Source: Octopus vulgaris (taxonomy: Eukaryota). Taken from it: 64,000 nt of DNA. Location: the NCBI GenBank assembly GCA_951406725.2, contig OX597814.1, positions 64,976,001 to 65,040,000 of the forward strand. The letters are read 5' to 3'. Numbering within the stretch: the first letter of the stretch is position 1; each line of letters opens with the position of its first letter. A model generated the notes under the pieces. It had not been told where the DNA came from and made no database searches. It saw nothing but the letters and a program-made list of their open reading frames with translations. This document shows, piece by piece, positions 27,319 through 39,819 of this stretch. A program made the position numbers and the translations under genes.

Positions 27319-28470
27319 AATGCATTCTCTGATGCTTGCACTGCCTTAGGATTGACAGTCAATCTCAAGAAAACTGTTGTCATGCATCTACCTGCCCCTG
27401 GTAAGCAGTATAGTGTACCAAATATCTATGTGTATGGTAAATGACTTGATGTAGTTGATCAGTTTCTCTACCTGGGAAACACTGTTAATAGATATAGCAA
27501 TTTGGATGATGAAATTTCAATAGAATTAGAAAAGCAAGTGTTGCTTTCGGAAGGCTAGAAAAGTGCCTCTGGAGTCGGCGAGACATATGCATAAAGACAA
27601 AGATAAAGGTGTACAAGGCATGTGTGCTCCTTTCTCTTCTCTATGCCTGCGAGACGTGGGTCAAATATCGATACCACCTTAAACAACTGGAACGTTTCCA
27701 TCAGATGTGCCTCAGACGGATCTATGGCATTAAGTGGAAGGACCGCATCAGTGATCTTGAAATAGTGGAAGGCTCTCAGTGTGAAAGTATAGAAGCTCTT
27801 GTGTTAAAGCAAAGGCTCAGATGGAGTGGTCATCTGGTCAGGATGAAGGATTCAAGGATGTCAAAACAACTCTTTTATGGAGAGTTAGCTAAAGGAGAAC
27901 GACCTCCATATAAACCAAAAAAGAGGTATAAGGACTTACTGAAGGCATCCTTAAGAAATGCTTGCATCTCTCCTGACACATGGAAAGGCATAGCTATTGA
28001 TCGTAGCAGGTGGAGAAGGATTGTGCACGAGGGGACAGCCACTTTTGAGAAATCTCGAGTTGCACATGAGAAAGTAAGGAAGGATGTCAGGAAGGGCATC
28101 GCTGTTACACTTCCAGATGGGAAGGGTTTTCCTTTGATGCTGACATGCAATGTCTGTGCAAGACACTGCCTCAGTAAAGCTGGACTCAAAAGTCATCTTC
28201 GTAGTTATAAAGCGAGACAGATGAGTGACAACCTGGCCACCGGTGGTGGTGTAACGCACCATACTAATCATATCTGTCGGGCATGTGGAAGAGAGTGTAA
28301 TTCGGCAGGAGGACTTAAACGACATGCAATGGTACATGAAGCCCAGTTACAACTACAGCCGGTTATTACCGGTAAAGTTATTAGTTGCCAATTCTGTACA
28401 AAACATTGTAGATTTTTAGCTGGGCTAAAAAGTCACATTCGATCACAGCACCAGTAACAATTAAGCTTCG
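27319..28470 (+). mobile_element. RTE (BovB-like) LINE, 5'-truncated, with three C-terminal C2H2 fingers
   Basis: GLTVNLKKTVVM, FLYLG, KASVAFGRL, VYKACVLLSLLYACETW, RLRWSGHLVRM, KQLFYGEL, KKRYKDLLK; ORF 27609-28457. Confidence 0.92.
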
Positions 28471-28475
28471 TGCAA

Positions 28476-28905
28476 TGTGGACACCCTTATTCTAGAAATA
28501 GATCCGCTATGGTCTTACCTCTAAGAAATGTTCTCAAGAAAAAATTAGCAAAACAACCAAAACTTAATCGAGCAAGACAAAAGAAAAAGCAATAAAAATA
28601 TGGATTATTCGCATACATGTTTCCCTATTAACATATTACGTGATTTTACTTACATAAATATCCGTAGATCATCGGTGCGACCGTCCAGATGAATATAATT
28701 TGTAGGACTGCATACCAGGACATTTATGTAAGTAAAATTACGTAATATGTTAATAGTGAAACATGTATGTGAATAATCCATATTTTTATTGCTTTTTCTT
28801 TTGTCTTGCTCGATTACGTTTTGGCTGTTTTGCTAATTTTTTCTTGAGAACATTTCTTAGTGGTAAGACCATAGCGGATCTATTTCTAGAATAAGGGTGT
28901 CCACA
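28476..28905. repeat. Long palindrome: 188-bp arms, 54-bp spacer
   Basis: 28476-28663 is the reverse complement of 28718-28905, with about 7 mismatches counted by eye. Confidence 0.95.
28609..28680 (-). ncRNA. Type I hammerhead ribozyme candidate (core CCGAUGA)
   Basis: TCGCA-CCGATGA-tcta..tagg-GAAA-CATG-TA-TGCGA: 5-bp stem I, long stem II, palindromic stem III. Confidence 0.7.
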
Positions 28906-29282
28906 GTTTGTGCCCAAACTACTTTCAGCTGACCAAAACGACACTCGGGTTTCAGTTGCACAAGATCTCCTTGATTGTGTCTAGAACGTGAAAATTTTCT
29001 GAAAACTTTGCTCGGGACTCTGAGAAGCTACCGCTAAGCCTTTTGAAAAATGTGATGCAGATTCTCTACCCAGCTTTCTCTGTCATGGACAATGCGACGA
29101 TCACACGCTGCACACGTTACTTCCAAGCATTGCTGTAAGTACTTGGATGTGAGTTAGAACGTTAAAACTTAGTGCGCATGCACAGCAGAGTTGAAGATCA
29201 AGCTGTGCTGAGCGGCTTCACCATGCGTGCTTTAGCTTCGTTACTATGGCAACAGTCCGGATACATATTGATCAGACCACAT
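28906..29282 (+). mobile_element. mariner remnant, internally deleted
   Basis: FVPKLLSADQNDTRVSVAQDLLDCV; TIR-like end GTCCGGATACATATTGATCAGACC. Confidence 0.65.
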
Positions 29283-29629
29283 GTTCTCTGAAACAGAATG
29301 CCTCGCGAAAAGAGAAAATAAATATATAATATTGTTTAGACACCTGTTGAGCTCTCAACACTCCTAAACTCTAAGCACATTTCAAAATCCAACCGCTGCG
29401 ATGTTTTTCGCTTAAAAACGATTTTATATTGTTACAAACTTAAAGGTAATTATGATTAAGTAGTATCAGTTACACTGAGCCATTTGATACAACGACCCGA
29501 TACTTTTCAACTTGTATTTTTTACCAATACTGGATGCAGTAAAAAAGGTATTTGCCCTGGTCACAAATTTGAGGGTATTCCACTGAATGTGTTAAGGATG
29601 AGTGTATGGTATGTTCTATTTAGTTAAAA

Positions 29630-29800
29630 ATGTTGGCACAAGGCTAGCAATTTCGGGAAAGAGAGTAGGTAACTCCATTACATCTACCTCAGACTCAACT
29701 GGTACTTATTTTATCGACTCCGAAGTATAAAAGACGAAGTCGACTTCGGCGGAATTTGAACTCAGAACGTAAAGTGGAACGAATTCTCGCTAAGCAACGG
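29630..29800 (-). mobile_element. SINE family A
   Basis: CTGGTACTTATTTTATCGAC..GTCGACTTCGGCGGAATTTGAACTCAGAACGTAAAG. Confidence 0.8.
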
Positions 29801-30465
29801 TAATGGCATGTTCAGAATTTTCAGTTTCACTCCGCTCTCTGTCTCACGACTCTCTCTCTCTCCCTCTCTTGTCCTTCCACACGCGTACACTAGCACACAA
29901 ACACACACACACATACATGCAAAATTGAAATTAAGATTCAAACTTTGAGAATTACTTTCAATCTTCCCCTGTTCTCTCTATGTCTATCTATCTTGGCCTT
30001 TTACTCCCTCATTGTTGTTTTATCGTCGCTAATCTCTCAACTTTTCTTTTAACCATTGTCACTCAATCTCGCTTTGTTAAACGCTTATTAACTTATTATC
30101 TCTCTCTCCCTCTCTCTCTCTCTCTCCTCTCTCCCTCCCTCTCTCCCTCTCTCTCTGTCTTCCTCTCTACATATTCTAAAATGGTATCGGTGCCTGCTCA
30201 TAGCTTCATTACGGAAGTGGGAGACAACAAAACTACAGCCGCCAATAATACAAAAATGTGATAAAAAAAGTCTAATAACAATATGGCTTCTTCTCTGTTT
30301 TACATTTTTCTACTTAACTTTGTATTATTTACTTTGATTTAGTATGTAAAATCCTTTGTGAAATGTTAATGCATTTGACATCTGGCAAAGTATAAAATGC
30401 TTTAGAATTCTTGTATGACTGTATAACTGTGTGCTATGCAAGTGTTGAGTTTTTCATTTCTTCTT

Positions 30466-30470
<5 letters not shown>

Positions 30471-30551
<81 letters not shown>

Positions 30552-30573
30552 GCGTGTGTGTGAGTGTGTGTGT
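30471..30573. repeat. (TG)n microsatellite
   Basis: Directly visible. Confidence 0.97.
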
Positions 30574-31282
30574 GAAGAACTATTAAATATTTGCTTTGAA
30601 AAGTTACGTTTTTTGTTGTGACATGTTATGTTTGATTGATTAGACAACGACAGAAAGGAAAAAATTACCTATTCTTATATTTTTATTTTGTTGTTATTTA
30701 TATTTTATGCATGAACATAAATGTTCTCGTTGAATCTGTTGATAGAGTCAAAATACTGTCTGTGTATCAGTAATACAAACGTATATTTTGCAGAATGTCT
30801 TACAGATATAAGAGTCAAGGAAGCCCGACCCAAGCCCTCCTTCCATTTACCCTAACTTCACTTCACATATCCTATATGTCCTAATACTTCCTCAATATAA
30901 GAAATTAGTGACTATCTAACCATAATAGGATATATAAATTAGTAACAAACGCATTCATGCAGTTTATGTACAAATTTCAGTTACCAACAGGCTAGATCGA
31001 CAGTCCAACAGACAGTAAATGCCCCTGCTTTGTCACTTCTTCGGCATCGGAGTCACGTCTGAAATAGTTATTGTTTGATCCAAGTGTTGTATAGCTTCGC
31101 AGTACATTTGGCTGACGACATATATTGTGAGGATTTTCGACTAAATACGAGGGTTTCTATAATTTGAATTCACATCTATAATTTAATGGCTGATGAAGAT
31201 GGTGATGGTATTGATGATGATGATATAATCGGCTAGCAAATCCCCATTAATTTGCTGGCCTTGTGCTTAAATTTGAAACCGT

Positions 31283-31283
<1 letters not shown>

Positions 31284-31378
<95 letters not shown>
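31284..31378. repeat. (TAA)n directly joined to (TTA)n
   Basis: Self-complementary junction between a SINE A tail fragment (31230-31282) and a Dong 3' end. Confidence 0.95.
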
Positions 31379-32782
31379 TGAGACGTCGCACAGTATCCAA
31401 TATTGTGATGTTGCTGATTGAAGATTTTGTGTCTATCGGGGATTTGTACTGTCTGTCAAGTCACAACAAGGATCTCAGACAAACAGTTCTTCACGCAATA
31501 TGCGTGCAGTTCCAAGTAATGCTGATTTTTGCAATACACCTAGATATTAGAGTATTTCTAAAGTTTCCAGATGTTTCTTCAGGTTGGGTGGTATTGAACC
31601 CAATGCTCCGATGACAATAGGGACAACCTTTATGTTTGACTCTCTTAGCGCCTCAACTTGGTGATCTCGATTCTCAGGTCCCCATATTTATAATTTTTTT
31701 CTTTTTCTTTCATGTTGATATCCTGGTACTGCCACATCGATTATTAAGCACTCTTGTTTGTCCCTCCTAAAAGTTACTATGTCTGGCTTCCGGTTACTAT
31801 GTCTGTCTAGAAGTCAAAGTCCAAGAAGATTTTTGCCCCCTTTCTCGTCCATTACCTTTTCTGGTGTATGTTGGTACCAAGAACCCATTACCATGTGTCC
31901 ATACTTCCGGCATAGTGGCCAGTGAAGATTTTGCGCTAGCATGTCGTATCTGCGCATGTATTCTTTCTGCGCGAGTCTTTCACAAACAGTGTAACTCACG
32001 CTTTCGACTCTCTTCCCACACATTCTGCAGAGGTTCGTAGCACTTGTGTGCTATACATCCCTTTTCACTGAGTTGGTATTCAATGCCTGATCATGGGCAG
32101 AGATGATTAGGTTTTCAGTTTTCTTTTTTAGGTCACCCTTACTGAGCCACCTCCATGATGCTACCTGGTCTCTTAAGTTGTTAGTTTCACGGTGGAACTA
32201 ACCATGTAATTCCGTGCAGAATAGAGTTTCTTCTCTCTCGTTGGCTATTCGTGATCGGAATTGATTAGCACTCTCAAGGCCATTTTTGGTAAATCCTTCT
32301 GCTTTAGAAACATAATGTAGCAGGTGTTGTATGCTGTTTACCAAATATTCTGCCATGTTCCTTCTTTCAACGTTGATGCACTCTCGTACGCTAGCAGACC
32401 ACGTCCAACTTTACACCTCTTCATGTAGAGACTGTTTACGTTCACCTTAGGCAGAGGGCAACATATATTGTCATCGTCTTTCGGGCAGTGTGATCGAGCT
32501 GGTTATTCTCCGTTCGTGGCCATTTCAGGATGGGTGCACTATAGTGAACTATCGCAACAGCCCATATGCTGATGGCAGTCATAAGGTTCCTTAAGATGAG
32601 TTTTGACTTCAAGAGAAGTTTGAGGTGCTTCAAATACGCAGTGATGACCTTGTCTTTCATTACTATGTGCAAGAAAATTTTCAGCTCAAGGATCCCAAGG
32701 TACTTGTACCCATTATCATCAGTGGCTTCCATTCTCCCTCTTTTAACAATTCCATGCCCTTACAATCTGCATTTCCCCCGTT
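31379..32782 (-). mobile_element. R4/Dong-clade LINE, 5'-truncated pseudogene
   Basis: GYKYLGILE, IWAVAIVHYSA, ISAHDQALNT, CRMCG..LAQKEYMRRYD, RKPDIV, IIDVAVP, VVPIVIGALG; flanked by (TTA)n. Confidence 0.9.
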
Positions 32783-32816
32783 TATTATTATTGTTGTTGT
32801 TGTTATTGTTATAATT

Positions 32817-33030
32817 AAGGCGGCAGGTTGACAGAATTTTTAACACGCCGGGCAAAATGTTTAGCGGCAATTCGTCCGTCTTTACGTTCTGAGTTCAAAT
32901 TCTGCCGAGGTCTACTTTGCTTTCCTCATTTCGGGGTCAGTAAAATAAGTACCAGCTGAACACTGGAGTCGATATAATCGACTCATTCCCTCTCCCAAAA
33001 TTGCTGCCCTTGTGGCAAAATTTGAAACCA
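32817..33030 (+). mobile_element. SINE family A, full length
   Basis: Head AAGGCGGCAGGTTGACAGAAT, B-box GAGTTCAAAT, tail GCCCTTGTGGCAAAATTTGAAACC plus (ATC/ATT)n. Confidence 0.88.
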
Positions 33031-33054
33031 TCATCATTATTATTATTATTTTAA

Positions 33055-33665
33055 AATAAAATGTTGTCCGTTGTCTTCTACTGAACCGGAGTCATCCTTT
33101 GACCCTAGAGTCACAGCAGGTCCTCATCTGGTGGAGAATACACGGCGTAAAATGTGTGTGGAACCTAGCAACACTATTTTCTGAAGTTCTCTCACGTTAA
33201 CACTGCAAGGGAAAGTACTGTTACATCATCTCTTCCAGTCACAGTTTCAGACTTATGCTGGTACAATCGTTTTGAAGTTGGAAGCTGGTAGTGTTTACAT
33301 ATCTTCTAATGGATTTAATGCGCTACTCTATCGTGTCTATGAATATATTCGGTTTTTGCAAGCAATGTGCATCCAGTTAAGAAGTGGTCCACTGTCTCAT
33401 CCTGTTCATGACATATTCTGCATTTCGGGTCAGTGCCATCGTTCATTATTTTGTTGTGGTAAGCCCTGGTTGCCAAGCTTTGATCTTGTGCTGCTATGAC
33501 AGAACCTTCGGTTTCAGCCTTGGGTCCTGAGCTCTTCATCCATACATGAGTGTCTCGTTTTTCTACGTCTGGTTTGTTCACTCTACATGGGTATCGATCA
33601 TGCATCGGTTTTTCTAGCCATTCTTCTTTGCTCTTCTTCTGGGCTTGTTTTTCATCTCTTCCTTA
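33055..33665 (-). mobile_element. R4/Dong-clade LINE 3' fragment
   Basis: SSGPKAETEGSVIAAQDQSLATR..CRICHEQDETVDHFLTGC..EYIHRHDRV. Confidence 0.9.
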
Positions 33666-34040
33666 ACAGAGAAAATTGTAGATATGAAGTTTTAAAAATT
33701 TATTGGAAATGATCTTTTGTCTGTCCGAACAGAGAAAACTGTAGTGCTCTTGGAATAAAGAGGATGTTTACATTTTCGAATATTCAGGGTAAAAGGAATT
33801 CATAGGTATTCACAGAAGGTGTAGATATAAAGACTTTAACTTGGTTGTTTATGTGTTCGAAAGCTGTAGATATGTAAGTTCCTTACCTAATTTGAGGGAA
33901 ATTCAAAATACTCACAGGAAACTGTAGATATTCCAGTCTTTTAGAGTTATTTTTCAGTTGTCCTGTTGGGTTGTATTAGTACTTGTGTGTCTTCAGCTGC
34001 TGACTGGTCAGAACAGCGAAGTAAAAGTCCAGCCGCTGTC

Positions 34041-34323
34041 AAGGCGGCGAGCTGGCAGAATGGTTTTATTATTATTATTATTATTGTTGTTGTTGTTGTT
34101 GTTGTCAAGGCGGCAAGCTGGCAGAATCGTTAGCACGCTGGGCAAAATGCTTAGCGGCATTTCGTCCGTCGTTACGTTCTGAGTTCAAATTTCGCCGAGG
34201 GCGACTTTGCCTTTCTCCCCTTCGGGGTCGATAAAATAAGTACCAGTTGAACACTGGGGTCAGTGCAATAGACTTACCTCTTCTCCACAATCTTCAGTCT
34301 TTGTGCCTATAGTAGAAAGGATT
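34041..34323 (+). mobile_element. SINE family A: short head duplicate (34041-34061) and full copy (34107-34323)
   Basis: AAGGCGGC(G/A)AGCTGGCAGAAT occurs twice, separated by (TTA)(TTG); B-box GAGTTCAAAT; tail TGTGCCTATAGTAGAAAGGATT. Confidence 0.88.
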
Positions 34324-35370
34324 GCGCAGACACGCGCTTAAATTACGCCATGTGCAACGATTTCTGGACGGTGAGCGTGTGTGAGGCTCGTCTTTCCGCA
34401 GATCGTCTCCTAGATGGAATTGCAGTCCTGGGTTAAGAAAAGACCGAGACTGGGCGGCTGGTACCTAGAATGTCGTCAGGCGCTCACAATCCTCTACCAG
34501 TCGGGCAATGGAATCGGTGGTTGTTCCGCTTAAGAAATTTGAAGAGAATTATCGGCGGGACGTTCTCGAAGAGACTCTAGGCTCCGGCGAGAACGAACTG
34601 GCTAATCTGTTCCGGAGGACTTTCCAGTTGGGAACTATCATGGATAATTTCGAGATGTCCTTGGTCTGGTAGTGTTACCGGGGGGCGTTACCGGTTCGAG
34701 ACAAGCTCTGCGAGCAGAATGAAAAACCGTTCTGCACGCCCTCGTTCAGTGTCCAGGCAATGCTGACTTGTGGGATTATGTTGAACAGTTGTTGTCACGT
34801 GTGGGACAGATCCGTCTGTACTGATGATTGCACCGCCGCCCTCCTTCAATTGGGCAGGCAGTGGTTTTCCTTTGTCCGATGGCTGTGGCAAAAGTTGTTG
34901 TGCGGTGGACAAAGCTGACAGGCAAGTGGACAGATACATTCCTCTCTGGTTGAGCTCACATTGAAAGGGAAATTGAGATTGGAGGGGGAAATGCTGTCCT
35001 CGAGTGAATTGATCGAAAGGTGGATGAGAATTACCTCTCGAAGTGCAGACCTGTGAGTCAGAGAGAAAGAATTGCAGAGGTCAATTGCTCGTAGGGTTTC
35101 AGGGAAACCTCGTACAGTGGGGTTCCTCGATTATACCTAGAGGTGTTCCTGTATCAGTAGGGCATCACCTTTATCATCCTACCGCCCCACTTCTTTTTTT
35201 TTTTCATCTTTGTATGCTATGCAGATGTCTCTTCTTTTCCAATGTATACTGTGTATACTTTCTATTTGTTTTTTTATCTTTTCATTATTATATGTAAACA
35301 CCCATGCTTTATGTCTGTCTCTGTATTGCACCCTACCATCCTTCGCCCTTGTTGCAAATAAATGAAATCC
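34324..35370 (+). mobile_element. L1/Tx1-like LINE, 3' fragment
   Basis: LKLRHVQRFLDGE, WYLECRQAL, CYRGALPVRDKL, TVLHALVQCP, LKGKLRLE..ERW (cf. 52950-53320); T-rich 3' UTR, AATAAA, (TTA)n tail. Confidence 0.8.
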
Positions 35371-35590
<220 letters not shown>

Positions 35591-35591
35591 C

Positions 35592-35820
35592 AAGACGGCG
35601 AGCTGGCAGAATCGTTAGCACAATCGTTAGCACGCCGGGTGAAATGCTAAGCATTTTACCCGGCGTGATCTCACGTTCTGAGATCAAATTCCACGGAGGT
35701 CGAATTTGTTCTTCATCCTTCCGGGGTCGATAAAATTGGTACCACATGAGCACTGTGGTTGATGTAATCGATTCACCTCCTCCACCAATTTTGATGGCTT
35801 TGTGCTACAGGTTGAAATTA
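35592..35820 (+). mobile_element. SINE family A
   Basis: AAGACGGCGAGCTGGCAGAATCGTTAGCAC (with a 12-bp tandem duplication); ends in (TTA)n. Confidence 0.85.
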
Positions 35821-35938
35821 TTATTATTATTAATGAGTGAGAGAGCACTGCATGCTATCAAAGTAACAATGGGGTACAAATATACGAAGCCCAATATATC
35901 CATTAGTTGTTTTGTTGAACCCCAAATAAAGTACGCAC

Positions 35939-35980
<42 letters not shown>

Positions 35981-36039
35981 GCACTTGTTCGTATGTGCGT
36001 ATGTATGTATGCAAGTATATATGTATGTATCTCAGTGTG

Positions 36040-36455
36040 TTTCGCACCTCCGCTTGTTGTTTGATTACGTCCCCATAACTCAGTGATCCGTCATATAGAG
36101 TAAGTACTGCTTAAAAAATAAAAAAAAATAAAAGCACCCTTTTAAAGCCTAGCCAGATTTTCCGGTTTCTATGGCGTATGTGTTCCCCAGCTGGACGGGA
36201 CGCCAGTCCATCGCAGCGTTACTCATTTTTACCAGCTGAGTGGACTGGAGCAACGTGAAATGAAGTGTTTTGCTCAAGAACACAACGATTCGCCCGGTCC
36301 AGGAATCGAAACCACAATCTTACGATCATGATGCTGACGCCCTAACCACTAAGCCACGCGCCTCCACAGTTAAAAAAAATAAGTACTTGGCTAAATCCAC
36401 TAAGGCCGTGCCCCAGCATGGCTGGAGTCCAACGACACAAACAGTTGAAACCTAA
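36040..36455 (+). mobile_element. SINE family B, interrupted by a family C copy
   Basis: TTACGTCCCCATAAC..TAAGTACTGCTTAAAAA [insert] AAAATAAGTAC..AAGGCCGTGCCCCAGCATGG. Confidence 0.65.
36134..36367 (-). mobile_element. SINE family C, well preserved (tRNA head, CORE-like and V-like central segments)
   Basis: Minus: GTGGAGGCGCGTGGCTTAGTGGTTAGGG (A box), GGTTTCGATTCC (B box), GTGTTCTTGAGCAAAACACTT, GCGATGGACTGGCGTCCCGTCCAG. Confidence 0.88.
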
Positions 36456-37586
36456 AAAAATACAAACACACACAGAGACACACTTACACACACGCATACA
36501 CACAGTCACGCGCGCACACACACACACGCATATATATAGAGAGAAATATGTGTGTATGTGCGTCTGTAACATTCTTTTAACCAGTGTGTTAGCACATTAC
36601 AATGTGGTTGCTTGTAGATGGTAGCAAACACTTGACATATATTAGGAAGAAATCACAGCAGGAACAATAATTCCCGAACAGTCTCTACGTTTGACTTTGC
36701 TTTCTATAACTGGGTGTGTTAAAATTTTGCGAATAAATATACCATTCTTTGTAATTATGTACCTCATAGTCCGGTGGGAAACAGCAGCAATGGCAAGGCT
36801 CCCGAGAGTGGGGAAAAGTAAGGAAGAAGATAACCCCAAACTTGAAATCTACATCCAACGTTTGCAAAAGGGCGGTTTCCTTAAAGGCAGCCTCTATGTT
36901 GAAGGGGTTGAAGTGATTATCAGTCAATGTTGCGTATGAGTGTGTGTGCGTGTGCCTACATATGTGTGTGTGAGTGATTGTGTGTATATGTGTGTGTGTG
37001 TGTATGTGAATAAATGACACAAATACAAGTTAATGCTTTGAGGCATAGTCCATCAAAGGGCTCAATAAAATATTTTAAAAAACTAAATTTCATTAAATTC
37101 AGAACAAAATATAAAAATATATTGAATATTAAGGAAATCATGTCAAAAAATAAATGAGTAACTACAAATACTTAAACTCATATATATGCGCGTGCGCGTA
37201 CGCATCTGTGTGTGTATGCTTGTTTGTGTATGCGTGAACATTTGTACGCGTGCATGTGCTTATGAAATGGCATGTGAAAACCTATTTCTTTGTGTACCTG
37301 TATCTGTACACTTGTTTGTAAAATCCACCATTTCGTTACTATTGATTTCCACGGAATTGGTCATTAAAATCAAAGTAAACGCCCCCGATATTTATTCGTC
37401 TATTTCTTCGATCAACAAACAATACGTATACAAATAATTCGCACCAATATACACACACAAACACGCGCACGCACACGCTCATGCTCACACACATACAAAC
37501 ATGTATGTATGGGGTGCGTTGGATGTGTACATATATGTATGATTGTGGATGTGTATATATATATACACACATACATATACATGTAA

Positions 37587-37635
<49 letters not shown>

Positions 37636-38091
37636 CATGCATATACATGTATGTATGTTTGTATTTATGTATTTATCGACTGCTGATGAGCATATATACA
37701 AAAGCAAGCACAAAGCCTGTTTAACGACGAAATAAATACATGAAATACATGATATTGATAGTCTAAAATCAAAAGTAATCGATACTCTACGTTTTCTTTT
37801 TTCTTCCTTTCTCACAACACTGACCGTTGTGCTTTTTATTTTCATTTGCCTCTTGTTTCTAAAATCTTTCCTTTTTCATTCTTTGTTTATTGTGTTCTTC
37901 GTTCTTCTTCTTCAGTTAACGCGTTCGCTTTTTCTTTTTTCTTTTCCATGCGCCCAAAACGACATTGATCTTAATCTCAGTGTGCGCATTTGTGTGTGTG
38001 TAGATTTACAGGCACACGGAAGCACACAGACTCATATATAACTTGTGTAATATGTGCGTGTGTGTGTGCGTGTGTATGTATATGTATATAC

Positions 38092-38176
<85 letters not shown>

Positions 38177-38355
38177 AACGTGTACATATGCATACATGTA
38201 TGTACATTTATATATATTTTAATATGTACACTTCTATATTTGTACATATGTGTATGTAAATATGTGTGTGTTTGGATGGGTGTGTTCATATATATGTACA
38301 CTTATATACTTTTGTATATGAGTGTGTGTATAAATGTAAATGAATGTGTTTATGC

Positions 38356-38411
<56 letters not shown>

Positions 38412-39819
38412 TTATATATATATATACATACATACATACATACATGATACATACATACATACATACATACATACATACATACATACATACATACATACAT
38501 ACATACATACATACATACATACATACATACATACATGCTTTACATACGCAAGTACGTACGTATACATCTGAAACTGTTTGGAATTTTTTCTTATTCCTAT
38601 ATCCTGTTTGATTTATTTTCTTTCCAATCTTTTCTTTCTGTTTTCGTTATGCTAATTCTCTATCTTTTGTCTCTCCTATCTGTTTCTAGATAAATCTATT
38701 TGTACATTTGTTGTCCTGTTTTGCTTTTTTTTTTATTCAGTCTTCATTTATTTGTTGACGTTTTCTGTTAAGCCATATTGATTGACTCAGTACACCGAAT
38801 GTCTCCCGTCTTATGGCGATTTCAATACACATTTGCTTCTTTCATTTGTTTTATTCGCCGTTCTTCTACCAGCGCTAATTGGTAGAAAGGCTAGTTATTT
38901 TGTGTATGGTTGCTTGCCCATTATATACATGCATCTAGATACTGAAAATGTGTATGTAAAGATACATATTACAGACATAGTCAAATACGCGTAGAAGAAT
39001 ACACAGTAAATACACATACAAAGACTCATATACATAGATACATATGTGTATATATATGCATATATACACACACGAGGCCCACACAAACACACATACGCAC
39101 ACATATACACACACTTATGTATATGACTGTAAGTGTGTGTATACATACGCAAACACGCGCGCACACACTCACGTACACATGTACCCAAATAAAGAAGTAA
39201 TGATGGAAAAAGGGACACAATGAATTAAAGAATTGGAGATAGATATGTGAATATGTTCCGATGAGTTTGTGAGTGCTTGCATCATATAGAAACGAAGTCT
39301 ACGAATGATTAATTCTTCTATTTATTTATGTCCTTTTCTTTGTATGCTTAAGTTGTATGTCTATTTTTATGTGTACCGACGCATTTTACATATGTAAATA
39401 AGCGAAGTAAAAGTAAGTCTTGTGTATTTCTTAAACTTTCAAATTAAAATTAGTTTTATACAGCTCAGTAGAACTCTATCACCAATCATGTAACGCGGTG
39501 CTATGTTGGGAAGTTCAATCTTCGTATAGGTTAATAAAATATTTCTTGAAATACTATTTCGTGCATTTGATGTTTAGTGAAAGGTGATTTTATCGCCGTT
39601 GATATTGCAGTGTGTAAACATGTATTGTTTGTAATGCTATCCTTATTGGTAATTTTATTTACAGTTAGAGTAAGATTATTTATTGTGCTTCAGAGAGTAA
39701 TACGTAAATTACATGAAACGCCTATTTTGGAAATTATGAGCTAGGGTTTTGCACCTAGCTCTTAATTTCGTCGCTTCATTGCTCATAGTTGGAAAAAATA
39801 GTGGCGGGAAAAAATATTT

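Noticed and set aside
33660-33945. CRISPR-like recurrence of TGTAGAT
   Set aside because: Repeats are short and degenerate, spacing is irregular, there are no cas genes, and the context is eukaryotic.
36134-36367. tRNA gene
   Set aside because: A and B boxes are present but continue into a SINE body shared with 20105, 48292 and 49240; no proper acceptor stem.
36691-36939. 82-aa complex ORF (MARLPRVGKSKEEDNPK...)
   Set aside because: No recognisable motif or supporting splice structure.
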